A program made the position numbers and the translations under genes. From Lachnospiraceae bacterium (GTDB lineage Bacteria > Bacillota > Clostridia > Lachnospirales > Lachnospiraceae): a stretch of DNA of 64,000 nt. Below are positions 1-11,105 of the stretch, in pieces. The DNA lies in assembly GCA_015057555.1 (NCBI GenBank), contig SVEC01000006.1, positions 52,277 to 116,276 on the forward strand. Direction: 5' to 3'. Every line of letters begins with the position of its first letter. The first letter of the stretch is position 1. The notes under the pieces are model-generated. The model was given only the letters and a program-made list of their open reading frames with translations, searched no databases and was not told where the DNA came from.

Positions 1-1421
1 AGTGAATTCATACCTACTTCCTTATCGTTTTGGATAATAACTGCAGGCTCTCCATTATGGCCTCTTACGATTCTTGTTTTACCATTGATTTTAAAGGTGA
101 TATCGTTGCCTCTCTTAGGGAATATATCCTCTTTTGGGATACCAAATTGGACTGCTGCATCAAATATCGTTAATTTATCATTGTTATAAAGCTTAATACG
201 TTCTCCGTTTACATTAACAAATATAAAATTATTTTTTTGATCAAAATAATTGAGACAAATTCCTATAGGTGTGACATAAAGAGAGTCCTTCTTGATGTTA
301 TCAACCAATATATTGATATCATTCATAACCTCTTGGCCTCTGATTGCTACTCTCTCTTTTGGAAGTTTTAGATAACCTGCAACCATTTCTGTAAAACCTG
401 TAATTTTGCCACCGCCACCTACTATAAAAACTGCACTTACAGAGGAACCACCATTTAGTTCTATAATTTTCTCTGCTACTTTTTTTGCTATGTTTTTCTT
501 TGCACCTTCTAATGAATTAAGTATATCTTCAGGAGTGGTTTTGTGACTAATTCCCATAATATCCTTATATGTAACAGATTTCTTTTTAGGGCTAACCAGT
601 TTAAGCTTTTCAGCTGTATTAAAATCAACAAGATATTTTTTGATTAAACATTCAGTCATCTCGTCTCCTGCTGAAGGTATCATACCATATCCTATTATAC
701 TACCATCCTTAGTGATACATATATCCGACGTACCTGCCCCAACATCAACAAGAGCTATATTAAGAAGTCTGTAATTTTCTGGAATAGCAACGTTTATAGC
801 TGCAATAGGCTCCAATGTAAGGTTATTTACTGTCAAACCTGCATTTTCAACAGCAGAATAAAGACTGCTTACAACTTCCTCTGGCAAAAATGTAGCCAGA
901 ACATCAGCAGCAATCTTTGTTCCTTTATGACCTTCAAGATTATTAATCTCATAATCATTTAAATAATATTTTACAACTGTATAGCCTACGCAGTAGTATT
1001 TTGTTTTTTCTTTATTTGTAGATAGCTCATCAATTATAATTTCATGAGCCTTCTCAACACCGATTAAATCTATTGAATGTATATACTCCTGGTTAATCAT
1101 GGTATTTTCAGAAAATTCATACTCTCCATGTCCAACAGCAGTTTTAAGAACACGACCAGCAGCTGCTATACAAACCTCAGTAAGCTTACGACCACCAAGC
1201 TGCTCTTCTAAATCTTCTTTAACAGATATAATGTCTTCACTAACCTTTGCAATATCATGAATCTGACCATCAATCATGGAACGGGTTTCGTGATACTTAA
1301 CAGCCATAGCGACTACATTAAATTTATCCTTTTCTTTGTAACCAACAGTACCAACAATACTTCTGGTACCAATATCTAAGCCAAAAACAAGTGGTTCTGG
1401 ATATTTTGTCATAGTTGCCAT
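1..1421 (-). CDS. FtsA/PilM-like actin-fold ATPase (3' end runs off window; absent from ORF track)
   Basis: Manual translation from ATG 1421 (RBS AGGAGG): MATMTKYPEPLVFGLDIGTRSIVG...LTLEPIAA...LVDVGAGTSD...VFIVGGGG. These are the actin-like phosphate-1, connect, phosphate-2 and adenosine motifs. Frame is open to position 1. Confidence 0.85.
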   Translation of the reverse strand, partial: MATMTKYPEPLVFGLDIGTRSIVGTVGYKEKDKFNVVAMAVKYHETRSMIDGQIHDIAKVSEDIISVKEDLEEQLGGRKLTEVCIAAAGRVLKTAVGHGEYEFSENTMINQEYIHSIDLIGVEKAHEIIIDELSTNKEKTKYYCVGYTVVKYYLNDYEINNLEGHKGTKIAADVLATFLPEEVVSSLYSAVENAGLTVNNLTLEPIAAINVAIPENYRLLNIALVDVGAGTSDICITKDGSIIGYGMIPSAGDEMTECLIKKYLVDFNTAEKLKLVSPKKKSVTYKDIMGISHKTTPEDILNSLEGAKKNIAKKVAEKIIELNGGSSVSAVFIVGGGGKITGFTEMVAGYLKLPKERVAIRGQEVMNDINILVDNIKKDSLYVTPIGICLNYFDQKNNFIFVNVNGERIKLYNNDKLTIFDAAVQFGIPKEDIFPKRGNDITFKINGKTRIVRGHNGEPAVIIQNDKEVGMNS

Positions 1422-1444
1422 AAGCCTCCTTTAAAAGTGTATAA

Positions 1445-2062
1445 TCAACTAATTATATCATTATTCAACAATTTATTCAATAAAACTTTTAGTTGCTTAG
1501 AGGTTATCTCATAAGAACTGCTATTATCAATAGTTGCGTCTGAATTACTTATATAATAAGCATCCTCTTTTTGACTATTAAATATGGATATACATTTTTC
1601 CTTTGAGTATCCTCTACTATCTATTAACCTTTTTATTCGTATTTCCTTGTCTACCCAAATATACCATATCGAATCACAAATATCCTTATATCCATCTTCA
1701 ATTAACAAGGCAGCTTCTATAACAAAAAGCTTTGTATTTATAGATTTTTGAAAATTAATCTGTTCAAGAATATTTGCTTTCACTAATGGATGGGTAATTG
1801 AATTAAGCAATTCTAATTTTTCTTTATTATTAAATACAATATTACCAAGTTTATGTCTATCAATTTGATGTGGAGAAGTTTTAGATATAATATCCATTCC
1901 AAATACCTCTATAATTGTATTATATATAGCTTCACCTGGCATCATTAATTCATGAGCTAGCTTATCCGCTTCTACCACATATGCGTTGTATTTTTCTTGT
2001 AGTTCATATAAGACTTTGCTCTTACCTGAACCAACACCACCAGTAATACCTAAAACAATCAT
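1445..2062 (-). CDS. coaE: dephospho-CoA kinase
   Basis: GITGGVGSGKS P-loop, ADKLAH, LNSITHP, IEAALLIE; follows polA. Confidence 0.95.
   Translation of the reverse strand: MIVLGITGGVGSGKSKVLYELQEKYNAYVVEADKLAHELMMPGEAIYNTIIEVFGMDIISKTSPHQIDRHKLGNIVFNNKEKLELLNSITHPLVKANILEQINFQKSINTKLFVIEAALLIEDGYKDICDSIWYIWVDKEIRIKRLIDSRGYSKEKCISIFNSQKEDAYYISNSDATIDNSSSYEITSKQLKVLLNKLLNNDIIS
1452..1480 (-). promoter_or_regulatory. sigmaA-type promoter for the FtsA-like gene, inside the 3' end of coaE
   Basis: Minus strand TTGAAT-N17-TATAAT with TGn extended -10. Confidence 0.6.
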
Positions 2063-2079
2063 TAAATCACTCCTAAGTT

Positions 2080-4713
2080 CTATTTTGCATCATACCAGCT
2101 TGTTCCTTCATTAACATCAGCTATTAGCTTTACACTTAGGTTTGCTGCATTTACCATTTCTCTAACTAATAATTCTTTAACAATATCCTTCTCTTCTATT
2201 GCAGTTTCTATAATAAGCTCATCATGTACCTGGAGAATCAGTCTAGATTTTAGATTGTTGGACTTTAAAGCTTTATTTACATTAATCATTGCAATTTTAA
2301 TAATATCTGCAGCTGTACCTTGTATAGGAGAATTCATTGCAACCCTTTCACCAAAGCTTCTGGTCATAAAGTTAGATGATGAAAGCTCTGGTACAGGTCT
2401 TCTTCTACCAAAAATAGTATCTACATATCCTATTTCCTTTGCCTTTGCAACTGTATTATCTAAGTATGTTTTAACTCCTTTGTAGGTTTCAAAATATTTA
2501 TTAATATATCCTTCTGCTTCCTTTCTTGAAATATCTAAATCCTGACCTAAGCCAAAGGAGCTTATACCATAAACAATACCAAAATTAACAGCCTTTGCTC
2601 TTCGTCTCATAAGACTATCTACCTTATCCATCGGTACATCAAATACCTCTGATGCAGTAATAGCATGAATATCAGAATCCTTATTATATGCGTTAATTAG
2701 TGTTTCATCCTCAGATAAATGAGCTAAAACTCTAAGCTCTATCTGAGAGTAATCGGCATCTATAAAAATATATCCTTCTTCAGGAATAAATACCTTTCTA
2801 ATTTCTCTACCAAGCTCTGTTCTAGTAGGTATATTTTGTAAGTTTGGTTCAGTTGAACTTATACGGCCTGTGGCAGTAATAGTTTGATTAAACTTACCAT
2901 GTATTCTACCATCGGCTTTAATATATGGAAGCATACCAGCAACATACGTAGAATTTAGCTTTGTTAATGATCTATATTCAAGTATTAATGGAATAATAGG
3001 ATGAGCATTGGATAGTTTTTCTAATACCTCTACACTTGTTGAATAACCTGTTTTGGTTTTCTTACCAGCCTTCAATCCTAAATCTTCAAATAATACATCT
3101 CCTAATTGCTTTGTAGAATTGATATTAAATTCTTTTCCAGCTAGATTATATATATCATTAATAAGTTTTTCTATATTTTTTTCAAGCTTCTTACCAAATT
3201 CAATAAGCTCATCTTTATTAACTTTAATACCATAGCTTTCCATATCAAATAAAGAGAATATACATGGCAACTCAATATCATAATAGAGATTTAACATATT
3301 AGCATTATTTAACTCCTTTTCCAATGTCTCCTTAGCTAAATATGGAATTAAAGACAAATAGCATATATGCTTTAAAATATTATCTTCATTAACAGAAAAC
3401 ATATTAATTTGAGTTTTACCAAGTAAATCCTTCGGTGAACTAATAGTATATCCAACGTAATCTCTTGCTATATCATCATAACCATATGTGGCCTTTAATG
3501 GATTTAGCAAATAGGCTGCAATACTACAATCAAATATTGTATGATTAGGTTCAAGCTTAATAAATGGAAGCTGGGATTTAGCGTCCATAAAACAACAAAT
3601 AATTCCTTTTTCTATTATTTTTAAGATATCTCCAGTAACCATATCCTCTGTTATGAAATTAATAAATGGCACATAATATACCTCTTTTTCATTATAACAA
3701 ATAGAAGCTCCTATTATATTACAATCAGAATCCTCCACTACATAAAATCCAAACTTTTCTACATTATTTAGTGAGTTTAATAAATTTTGATAACTATCAA
3801 AATCTTCTATAATAGTTGTTGAAAATTCAAGATTTTTGGAACCGATATTTTCCTCAAAACGCTTAAGAAGACTCTTAAATTCGAGCTCAGCAAATAAATC
3901 AAAGGCTTCTTTGTTAAATAAGTCCTTTAAAACTGAATCATTTATATTAACATTTAATTCACAATCAAGCTTAATAGTTGCAAGTTTCTTAGAAAGGTAA
4001 GCTAACTCCTTAAATTCAACCAAATTATCCTTCATTTTACTAGGCTTCATAGAATCAATATTTTCGTAAATTCCATCTAAAGAACCATAATCAACCAGAA
4101 GCTTGCTGGCTGTCTTTTCTCCAATTTTAGGAACTCCTGGAATATTATCTGAGGTATCACCCATTAATCCTTTCATATCTATAAAGGTAATAGGGTCAAC
4201 TCCATAGGTCTCTACAACATTATTTGCGTAATACTCTTCTATAACTGTTTTGCCGGCCTTTGTTTTAGGAAGCTTAACTTTAATCTTATCTGTTGCCAGC
4301 TGTAAAAGATCTCTATCTCCTGATAATAATGTAACGGTATAACCTTCTTTTTCACCAACCCTAGATAAGGTTCCGAGAATATCATCAGCTTCGTAGCCAG
4401 GTCTTTCAATAATTGTAATATTCATAGTATTAAGCACCTGTTTTATAAGCGGAACCTGCTCTCTTAGTTCATCAGGCATACCTTTTCTATTACCCTTATA
4501 TTCTGCGTACATTTCATGTCTAAAGGTTGGATGCTTAACATCAAAAGCCACACATAAATGTGTAGCTTCCTCTTCATCTATTACCCTTAGTATTATATTT
4601 AAAAAACCAAGAACGGCATTAGTATGTCTACCATCCTTTGTAGTTAAATCTGGTAAACCATAAAATGCTCTATTTAATATACTATTACCATCAACTAACA
4701 AAAGCTTATTCAT
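2080..4713 (-). CDS. polA: DNA polymerase I
   Basis: LLLVDGNS 5'-exonuclease start, GDTSDNIPGV, DYSQIELR motif A, RRAKAVNFGIVYG motif B, LQVHDEL motif C. Confidence 0.98.
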   Translation of the reverse strand: MNKLLLVDGNSILNRAFYGLPDLTTKDGRHTNAVLGFLNIILRVIDEEEATHLCVAFDVKHPTFRHEMYAEYKGNRKGMPDELREQVPLIKQVLNTMNITIIERPGYEADDILGTLSRVGEKEGYTVTLLSGDRDLLQLATDKIKVKLPKTKAGKTVIEEYYANNVVETYGVDPITFIDMKGLMGDTSDNIPGVPKIGEKTASKLLVDYGSLDGIYENIDSMKPSKMKDNLVEFKELAYLSKKLATIKLDCELNVNINDSVLKDLFNKEAFDLFAELEFKSLLKRFEENIGSKNLEFSTTIIEDFDSYQNLLNSLNNVEKFGFYVVEDSDCNIIGASICYNEKEVYYVPFINFITEDMVTGDILKIIEKGIICCFMDAKSQLPFIKLEPNHTIFDCSIAAYLLNPLKATYGYDDIARDYVGYTISSPKDLLGKTQINMFSVNEDNILKHICYLSLIPYLAKETLEKELNNANMLNLYYDIELPCIFSLFDMESYGIKVNKDELIEFGKKLEKNIEKLINDIYNLAGKEFNINSTKQLGDVLFEDLGLKAGKKTKTGYSTSVEVLEKLSNAHPIIPLILEYRSLTKLNSTYVAGMLPYIKADGRIHGKFNQTITATGRISSTEPNLQNIPTRTELGREIRKVFIPEEGYIFIDADYSQIELRVLAHLSEDETLINAYNKDSDIHAITASEVFDVPMDKVDSLMRRRAKAVNFGIVYGISSFGLGQDLDISRKEAEGYINKYFETYKGVKTYLDNTVAKAKEIGYVDTIFGRRRPVPELSSSNFMTRSFGERVAMNSPIQGTAADIIKIAMINVNKALKSNNLKSRLILQVHDELIIETAIEEKDIVKELLVREMVNAANLSVKLIADVNEGTSWYDAK

Positions 4714-5257
4714 GTACTTCCTCCTTTAATTCACCATTTGCCCAAACTGGATGAGTAATATTATAAGAATGAACTCTTTCATAAAATGACTTTTCTCTAG
4801 GTTTATTTAGCTCTTTATATCTTACAATAACATCATCGTTACAAATATCTATATATTTTGAAAGGTGATTATAAAAATAATAATCTCCCTGCTCTGTCTT
4901 AATCATATTCTGTTCAATTGTATATACTTTATTTAGAATACTAGAATATAATAAGAAAAAGCCTAGTACTGCAATAGTAAATACAATTCCAAAGGTGGAA
5001 AATTTAAATCGTTTTACATTTTTTGCACGATTATCAATTCTTGTTAATTCATCATCTAAATCTTTTTTAAAATTGTGAGAAAGCTCCTCGTTATTGTCAA
5101 GCTGTCTCATACCAACTATAAGAGTATAATATATTTCTAATTCCTCTGAACAGTTTTTACAATGCCTCATATGACGGACAAAGTCTTTTGTATGTTCGTC
5201 ATCTAACTTTTTGTCAACAAAAGCCATAATATTAGATTGTGCTTCTAAACAAGTCAT
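4706..5257 (-). CDS. zf-HC2 (ZAS) anti-sigma-factor-like membrane protein
   Basis: N-terminal MTC...HMRHCKNC (HxxxCxxC), one TM helix (FGIVFTIAVLGFFLLY), C-terminal domain likely extracytoplasmic. Confidence 0.75.
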   Translation of the reverse strand: MTCLEAQSNIMAFVDKKLDDEHTKDFVRHMRHCKNCSEELEIYYTLIVGMRQLDNNEELSHNFKKDLDDELTRIDNRAKNVKRFKFSTFGIVFTIAVLGFFLLYSSILNKVYTIEQNMIKTEQGDYYFYNHLSKYIDICNDDVIVRYKELNKPREKSFYERVHSYNITHPVWANGELKEEVHE

Positions 5258-5289
5258 ACTTCGCCCTCCATTAAAATGTACTTAAAACA

Positions 5290-5322
5290 AAGAACCTAGA
5301 CCCGTTTTAGGTCCAGGTTCTT
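5290..5322 (-). terminator. intrinsic terminator after ilvC
   Basis: AAGAACCTAGACC/GGTCCAGGTTCTT inverted repeat, T-rich tail on minus strand. Confidence 0.7.
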
Positions 5323-5341
5323 ATGTAATTAAATATTAATC

Positions 5342-6373
<1,032 letters not shown>

Positions 6374-6432
6374 CTAGAATATATTATAAATTATATATTA
6401 GTATTACTTTACAGTAAGTAATTACCATCGTA

Positions 6433-6927
6433 TTAATCTTCGGCTTTAACATGACCTCTTGTAAGTCCAGTGAGTCCGGTTCTAACCATCTCCTCAATGT
6501 TAAATCCATCAAGAAGTCTGATAAATCCTTCTATCTTAGATACATTTCCGATGATTTCAATCATAACAGATTCCTTTGACACATCTACAACATTTGCTCT
6601 AAACACATCAGCTAATGAAATAATCTGCTGTCTCTCTTCTATAGAAGTCTTAACCTTGATAAGTACAAGCTCTCTACATACAGATTCACCATCCTTAAGC
6701 TCGGTTATAGAAATAACATCCTCAAGCTTAAGAAGCTGCTTTTTGATCTGATTTAAAATTCTATCATCTCCACTGACAGCAACAGTCATACGAGAAAACT
6801 GAGGATTCTCAGTTACTCCAACAGTTAAGCTATCAATATTATATCCTCTACGGCTGAACATTCCAGAAACTCTACTTAGAACACCAGAAGTATTATCAAC
6901 CAATAATGATAAAACCATCTTTTTCAT
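6433..6927 (-). CDS. ilvN: acetolactate synthase small (regulatory) subunit
   Basis: VDNTSGVLSRVSGMFSRRGYNIDSL ACT domain; start moved to ATG 6927 downstream of GAAAGGTGG RBS. Confidence 0.95.
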   Translation of the reverse strand: MKKMVLSLLVDNTSGVLSRVSGMFSRRGYNIDSLTVGVTENPQFSRMTVAVSGDDRILNQIKKQLLKLEDVISITELKDGESVCRELVLIKVKTSIEERQQIISLADVFRANVVDVSKESVMIEIIGNVSKIEGFIRLLDGFNIEEMVRTGLTGLTRGHVKAED

Positions 6928-6974
6928 TATAGTATCCACCTTTCAACATGTAACTCAAAAATTCGCTATTTTCT

Positions 6975-7003
6975 ATTTTAATCATTTAAAGTATTAATGT
7001 CAA
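6975..7003 (-). promoter_or_regulatory. sigmaA-type promoter for ilvN-ilvC
   Basis: Minus strand TTGACA-N17-TAAAAT. Confidence 0.7.
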
Positions 7004-7012
7004 GTCAATGTA

Positions 7013-9427
7013 TTATTTAGAAAGTAATTTATCTACAACCTTTACTGCTTCATTGGCATCATCAGAATACCCATCGGCTCCTATTTCATCTGCAAAACTT
7101 TGAGAAACTACTGCTCCACCTACAACAACTTTAAATGGCAGTTTTCTTTCTTTGATTTCCTGACAAACATCTTTCATCCTCATCATAGTAGTTGTCATAA
7201 GAGCAGATAGACCAATTATGTCTGCATTTTCTTTTATAGCTGCTTCTATAATTACTTCCTTCTTAACATCTTTACCTAAGTCGATGACTCGATATCCATA
7301 ATTTTTTAACATTAAAACCACAAGATTTTTACCTATATCATGAATATCGCCTTCCACCGTAGCCATAATTACAGTTCCCTTTGGTTCAGATGCTTCGTTA
7401 GTTCTGAGATATGGGGTAAGATAATTTACAGCAATATCCATAGTAGTTGCACCAGCTATAAGTTGAGGAAGAAAATACTTCTTTTCCTCAAATAATTGTC
7501 CAACCTTAGTAACTGCAGGTATAAGTTCATTATCAATAATATCCTGAGGCTTTTTGCCATTATTTAATGCATCTTTAATATGTAGTTCTATTTGGTTTTT
7601 ATTACCCTTAACTACATCATTATAAATTAATGTTCCTTCATCAGATGTTACAGAGGATTTTTTTAATAATGTTTCTGTAGAAACAGATATTACATTCTCA
7701 ACATAATTATTGTCTGAATTAGGCTTTGCTAATAACAAATCAGAAGCAAGCGCAGTATTCATCAATAATGATTGGTCCGGATTACATATAGCCATTGTAA
7801 GACCATTTGCTATGGCCATAGTTAAAAATGCTGTATTAATATTAATTCTTTCAGGTAATCCAAAGGAAATATTTGAAAGTCCACATACAGTAGGAATTTT
7901 TAGTTCGTCCTTGCAATATCTGATGGTTTCTAAAGTTTCTAATGCTGCATTTTTATTAGCACCTACTGTAGTAACTAAACCATCTATTATTATGCTATCA
8001 TTATCAATTCCTTCTTCCTTAGCAGCCTGAAGTAACTTATGAATTATTTCCTTCTTCTCGTCTAAAGATTCTGGTAATCCATTGTCAGAAAGTGGTAGCA
8101 ATATAACCATAGCACCATATTTAGCTGCTATCTTCATAAGAGGTCTGCATTTGCTTTCTTCATAAGAAATAGAATTAATAAGACCTCTACCCGGATATAT
8201 CCGTAATGCTCTTTCGATTACATCTATATGGCTTGAATCTATGGAAAGTGGTAAATCTGTAACTGCTGGAAGCTCATAAATAAGACGTTCCATCATATTG
8301 CACTCATCAATACCGTTCATACCCATATTTAAATCAAGAATTTGTGCTCCATTTACAGTTTGTTCTTCTGCCATTTTAAGAGCAAGTCCAAGAGAATTAT
8401 TTTTTAAATCCTCCTGTAGCTTTTTCTTGCCGGTTGGATTAATACGTTCACCGATAACCATAAAGCTACCATTTATATCAATGTTTACCACTTTGGTCTC
8501 ACTACTAAGTACACTTTTGTTTTTGGGCGATATACTAGTCGGTACAACGCCTCTTATTAAAGATTTTAATGCCGCAATATGCTTTGGAGTTGTTCCACAA
8601 CATCCACCTACTGCACTAACTCCTAAATCTACTAAATCTCTTGTAAGCTCCGCAAATTCATCAGGAGTCATCTTATACGTGGTCTTACCATCTATTAATT
8701 CTGGTTTACCATTATTAGGCTTGGCAAAAATCGGAACCTTTGCATAATCAAGCATAGATTTAACTAATGATTTCATTTCCTTAGGACCTGTTGAACAGTT
8801 GATTCCAACAGCATCAGCACCTAATGATTGAAGAACAACAACAGAAGCCTCTGGAGTAGAGCCAAAAAGAGTTTTACCATCTTCGTTATATGTCAAACTT
8901 ACCATAACGGGTAAATCGCATACTTCTTTAATGGCAATTAATGCAGCTCTAGCCTCTGCAAGACTCATCATAGTTTCTACTATAAACAAATCAACTCCAG
9001 CATTATATAAAGCAATAGCCTGCTCTTTATATACATTGATAAGTTCATCAACCTCTAAGTTACCAATAGGCTTTAGCTGCTTTCCGGTCATAGTTAAATC
9101 ACCAGCAACATAGCCTCTATGACCTTCTAACTCAACAGCCTGTTTTGACAGTTGAACTAATTTGTAATTTATCTCATCAACTTTATCCTCCAAACCATAT
9201 TCTGCAAGCTTTATTCTGTTTGCAGTAAAGGTAGGCGCCAAGATAATATTACTTCCTGATTTTATATATTCTCTTTGTAATTTTATAAGATGCTTAGGAT
9301 TATCTAATATCCATTGCTCGGTACATACTCCTACCGGCATACCACAGGATATTAAATTACTTCCTGTTGCACCATCTAGCATAACTATTCTGTCATTAAA
9401 TAATTTTTTAAATAATATTTTGTCCAT
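7013..9427 (-). CDS. metH: B12-dependent methionine synthase lacking the C-terminal reactivation domain
   Basis: LDGATGS, GINCS, GGCCGTTP (Hcy/Zn), IGERINPTGKK pterin domain, GDIHDIGKNLV cobalamin motif; 804 aa. Confidence 0.9.
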   Translation of the reverse strand: MDKILFKKLFNDRIVMLDGATGSNLISCGMPVGVCTEQWILDNPKHLIKLQREYIKSGSNIILAPTFTANRIKLAEYGLEDKVDEINYKLVQLSKQAVELEGHRGYVAGDLTMTGKQLKPIGNLEVDELINVYKEQAIALYNAGVDLFIVETMMSLAEARAALIAIKEVCDLPVMVSLTYNEDGKTLFGSTPEASVVVLQSLGADAVGINCSTGPKEMKSLVKSMLDYAKVPIFAKPNNGKPELIDGKTTYKMTPDEFAELTRDLVDLGVSAVGGCCGTTPKHIAALKSLIRGVVPTSISPKNKSVLSSETKVVNIDINGSFMVIGERINPTGKKKLQEDLKNNSLGLALKMAEEQTVNGAQILDLNMGMNGIDECNMMERLIYELPAVTDLPLSIDSSHIDVIERALRIYPGRGLINSISYEESKCRPLMKIAAKYGAMVILLPLSDNGLPESLDEKKEIIHKLLQAAKEEGIDNDSIIIDGLVTTVGANKNAALETLETIRYCKDELKIPTVCGLSNISFGLPERININTAFLTMAIANGLTMAICNPDQSLLMNTALASDLLLAKPNSDNNYVENVISVSTETLLKKSSVTSDEGTLIYNDVVKGNKNQIELHIKDALNNGKKPQDIIDNELIPAVTKVGQLFEEKKYFLPQLIAGATTMDIAVNYLTPYLRTNEASEPKGTVIMATVEGDIHDIGKNLVVLMLKNYGYRVIDLGKDVKKEVIIEAAIKENADIIGLSALMTTTMMRMKDVCQEIKERKLPFKVVVGGAVVSQSFADEIGADGYSDDANEAVKVVDKLLSK

Positions 9428-9433
9428 TTAATT

Positions 9434-11020
9434 TTAATCTCCGATAGGTACAAATTCCATCTCGTCTTCCCAATAGCACACTACTGGAGAACCCGCCTCG
9501 ACCAATTCATATATTTTTGCTGCAGCAGCAAATGGAAGATTAACACAACCATGAGAACCATCCCAAGTATATCTATCAGGCGTATAATGGTCCTCAGTTC
9601 TCCAAGTTGCATCATGTAAACCTATATCTCCATTAAAAGGCATCCAATATGTTACAGGAGATTCATAATCTTCACCACGTAACTTGACATATGTATCCTT
9701 ATATGTGACATCATATAATCCTCCTGGTGTTTTATGAAGCCAATCTGGATATCCGGTTACGCAAGGAGTTTCATAGACTCTAAATCCATCCTTATACACA
9801 TATACTCTCTGATCTGTTAAATCAACTTCTACATAACTTCCACCAATATCATTAAGCTCCCAGAAAGCATAACCTTCTTGAATGGTAACTGGCTTTTTTG
9901 TAAAGCTTGACATAGTGCACATATACTCATAAAGCTCTTCTGCTTCTTTGTCAGGATCTAATTCCCATCCATAATCATCTTTACCTTCAACATATATTAA
10001 AAGACCATCATGAGTTCTAAATTTACGCTTTTTATTAACAGTGGTATATTTGGTGGCGAAATCACGAGCATATAGTTCTATATTTGTTTTGCTTAGTTTA
10101 ACTTCTCCTGTTTCCTCATCTAAATATCCCATAGTACATAAATCTTCTTTTGAAATAGTGTAATATGAACCTAAGAAATCATATGTTGCTTCGATTGACA
10201 AATAATCTTCTGCATTTTTTGCACTCTTTTGTATAATAGCAGAATCTGTTGTAATTTCAGCAGGAATATAACAATCGCTTTCCTCTATTGAAACAATTAT
10301 ATGACCATTATCAAGAGTATTAAAAACTGTTTCATATACCTTTTCTTTGTCAAGCTTAGTACCGGTAACATCAGGAATAACCAAAACCTTGCCTTCTTCC
10401 ATAATTACCTTTGCATTGGTAGATTCCTTCATTTGACTTTCATCCATAAATTTTGATTGTGATATGTACTGCTTCATACTCTCTCTATCATAATCAATTA
10501 TAAATTCAAGTGTATGTTCTTTTTTATCTGTAAGCTGCATAAACCAAAGAAAAGGATTATATTGATCTTTAACATACTGTACAGTAGCGGAAGTATTAAT
10601 ATTTAAGCTACCATCACCATTTTTGATTTTTTCTTCACCATTTTTAAATCTAATGGTAACCTCGTAAGCATTCATATCATTCAATATAAGCTGCTCAACC
10701 TCATCTACAGTATAACCAGCAACATTATAACCATTTATTGTAGTATAAGTTCCAAAATGAAGATGGAAATATAATACTCCTGAAAAATAAGCGATAATTA
10801 ATAAACCTAATATTCCTGCAAATACATATCTTTTTATATGTCTTTTTTTCTTATATGAATATACAGTAGGGTCTATAAACGGAATATCATACTCTGATGT
10901 TGTTCTTTTATCTCCGTCATTATTTTTATCTTCGGTAGTATTTTCAATTATTTCTTTTTCGTTAATTTCATCCACCTTTACGGTGTCTTTTGTTTCTTCT
11001 TTGATATTATTATCCTTCAT
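9434..11020 (-). CDS. membrane-anchored L,D-transpeptidase (YkuD domain, PG-binding stalk)
   Basis: N-terminal TM helix; YVEVDLTDQ, CVTG, IGLHDATWR...GSHGCVNL catalytic His/Cys. Confidence 0.9.
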   Translation of the reverse strand: MKDNNIKEETKDTVKVDEINEKEIIENTTEDKNNDGDKRTTSEYDIPFIDPTVYSYKKKRHIKRYVFAGILGLLIIAYFSGVLYFHLHFGTYTTINGYNVAGYTVDEVEQLILNDMNAYEVTIRFKNGEEKIKNGDGSLNINTSATVQYVKDQYNPFLWFMQLTDKKEHTLEFIIDYDRESMKQYISQSKFMDESQMKESTNAKVIMEEGKVLVIPDVTGTKLDKEKVYETVFNTLDNGHIIVSIEESDCYIPAEITTDSAIIQKSAKNAEDYLSIEATYDFLGSYYTISKEDLCTMGYLDEETGEVKLSKTNIELYARDFATKYTTVNKKRKFRTHDGLLIYVEGKDDYGWELDPDKEAEELYEYMCTMSSFTKKPVTIQEGYAFWELNDIGGSYVEVDLTDQRVYVYKDGFRVYETPCVTGYPDWLHKTPGGLYDVTYKDTYVKLRGEDYESPVTYWMPFNGDIGLHDATWRTEDHYTPDRYTWDGSHGCVNLPFAAAAKIYELVEAGSPVVCYWEDEMEFVPIGD

Positions 11021-11105
11021 GTTTCTTTCCTCACAAAAATATAATTCAATTTATAATATATTAAATCTACATTTTTTTCAATAATATTATTAAAAGTTAT
11101 TATAT

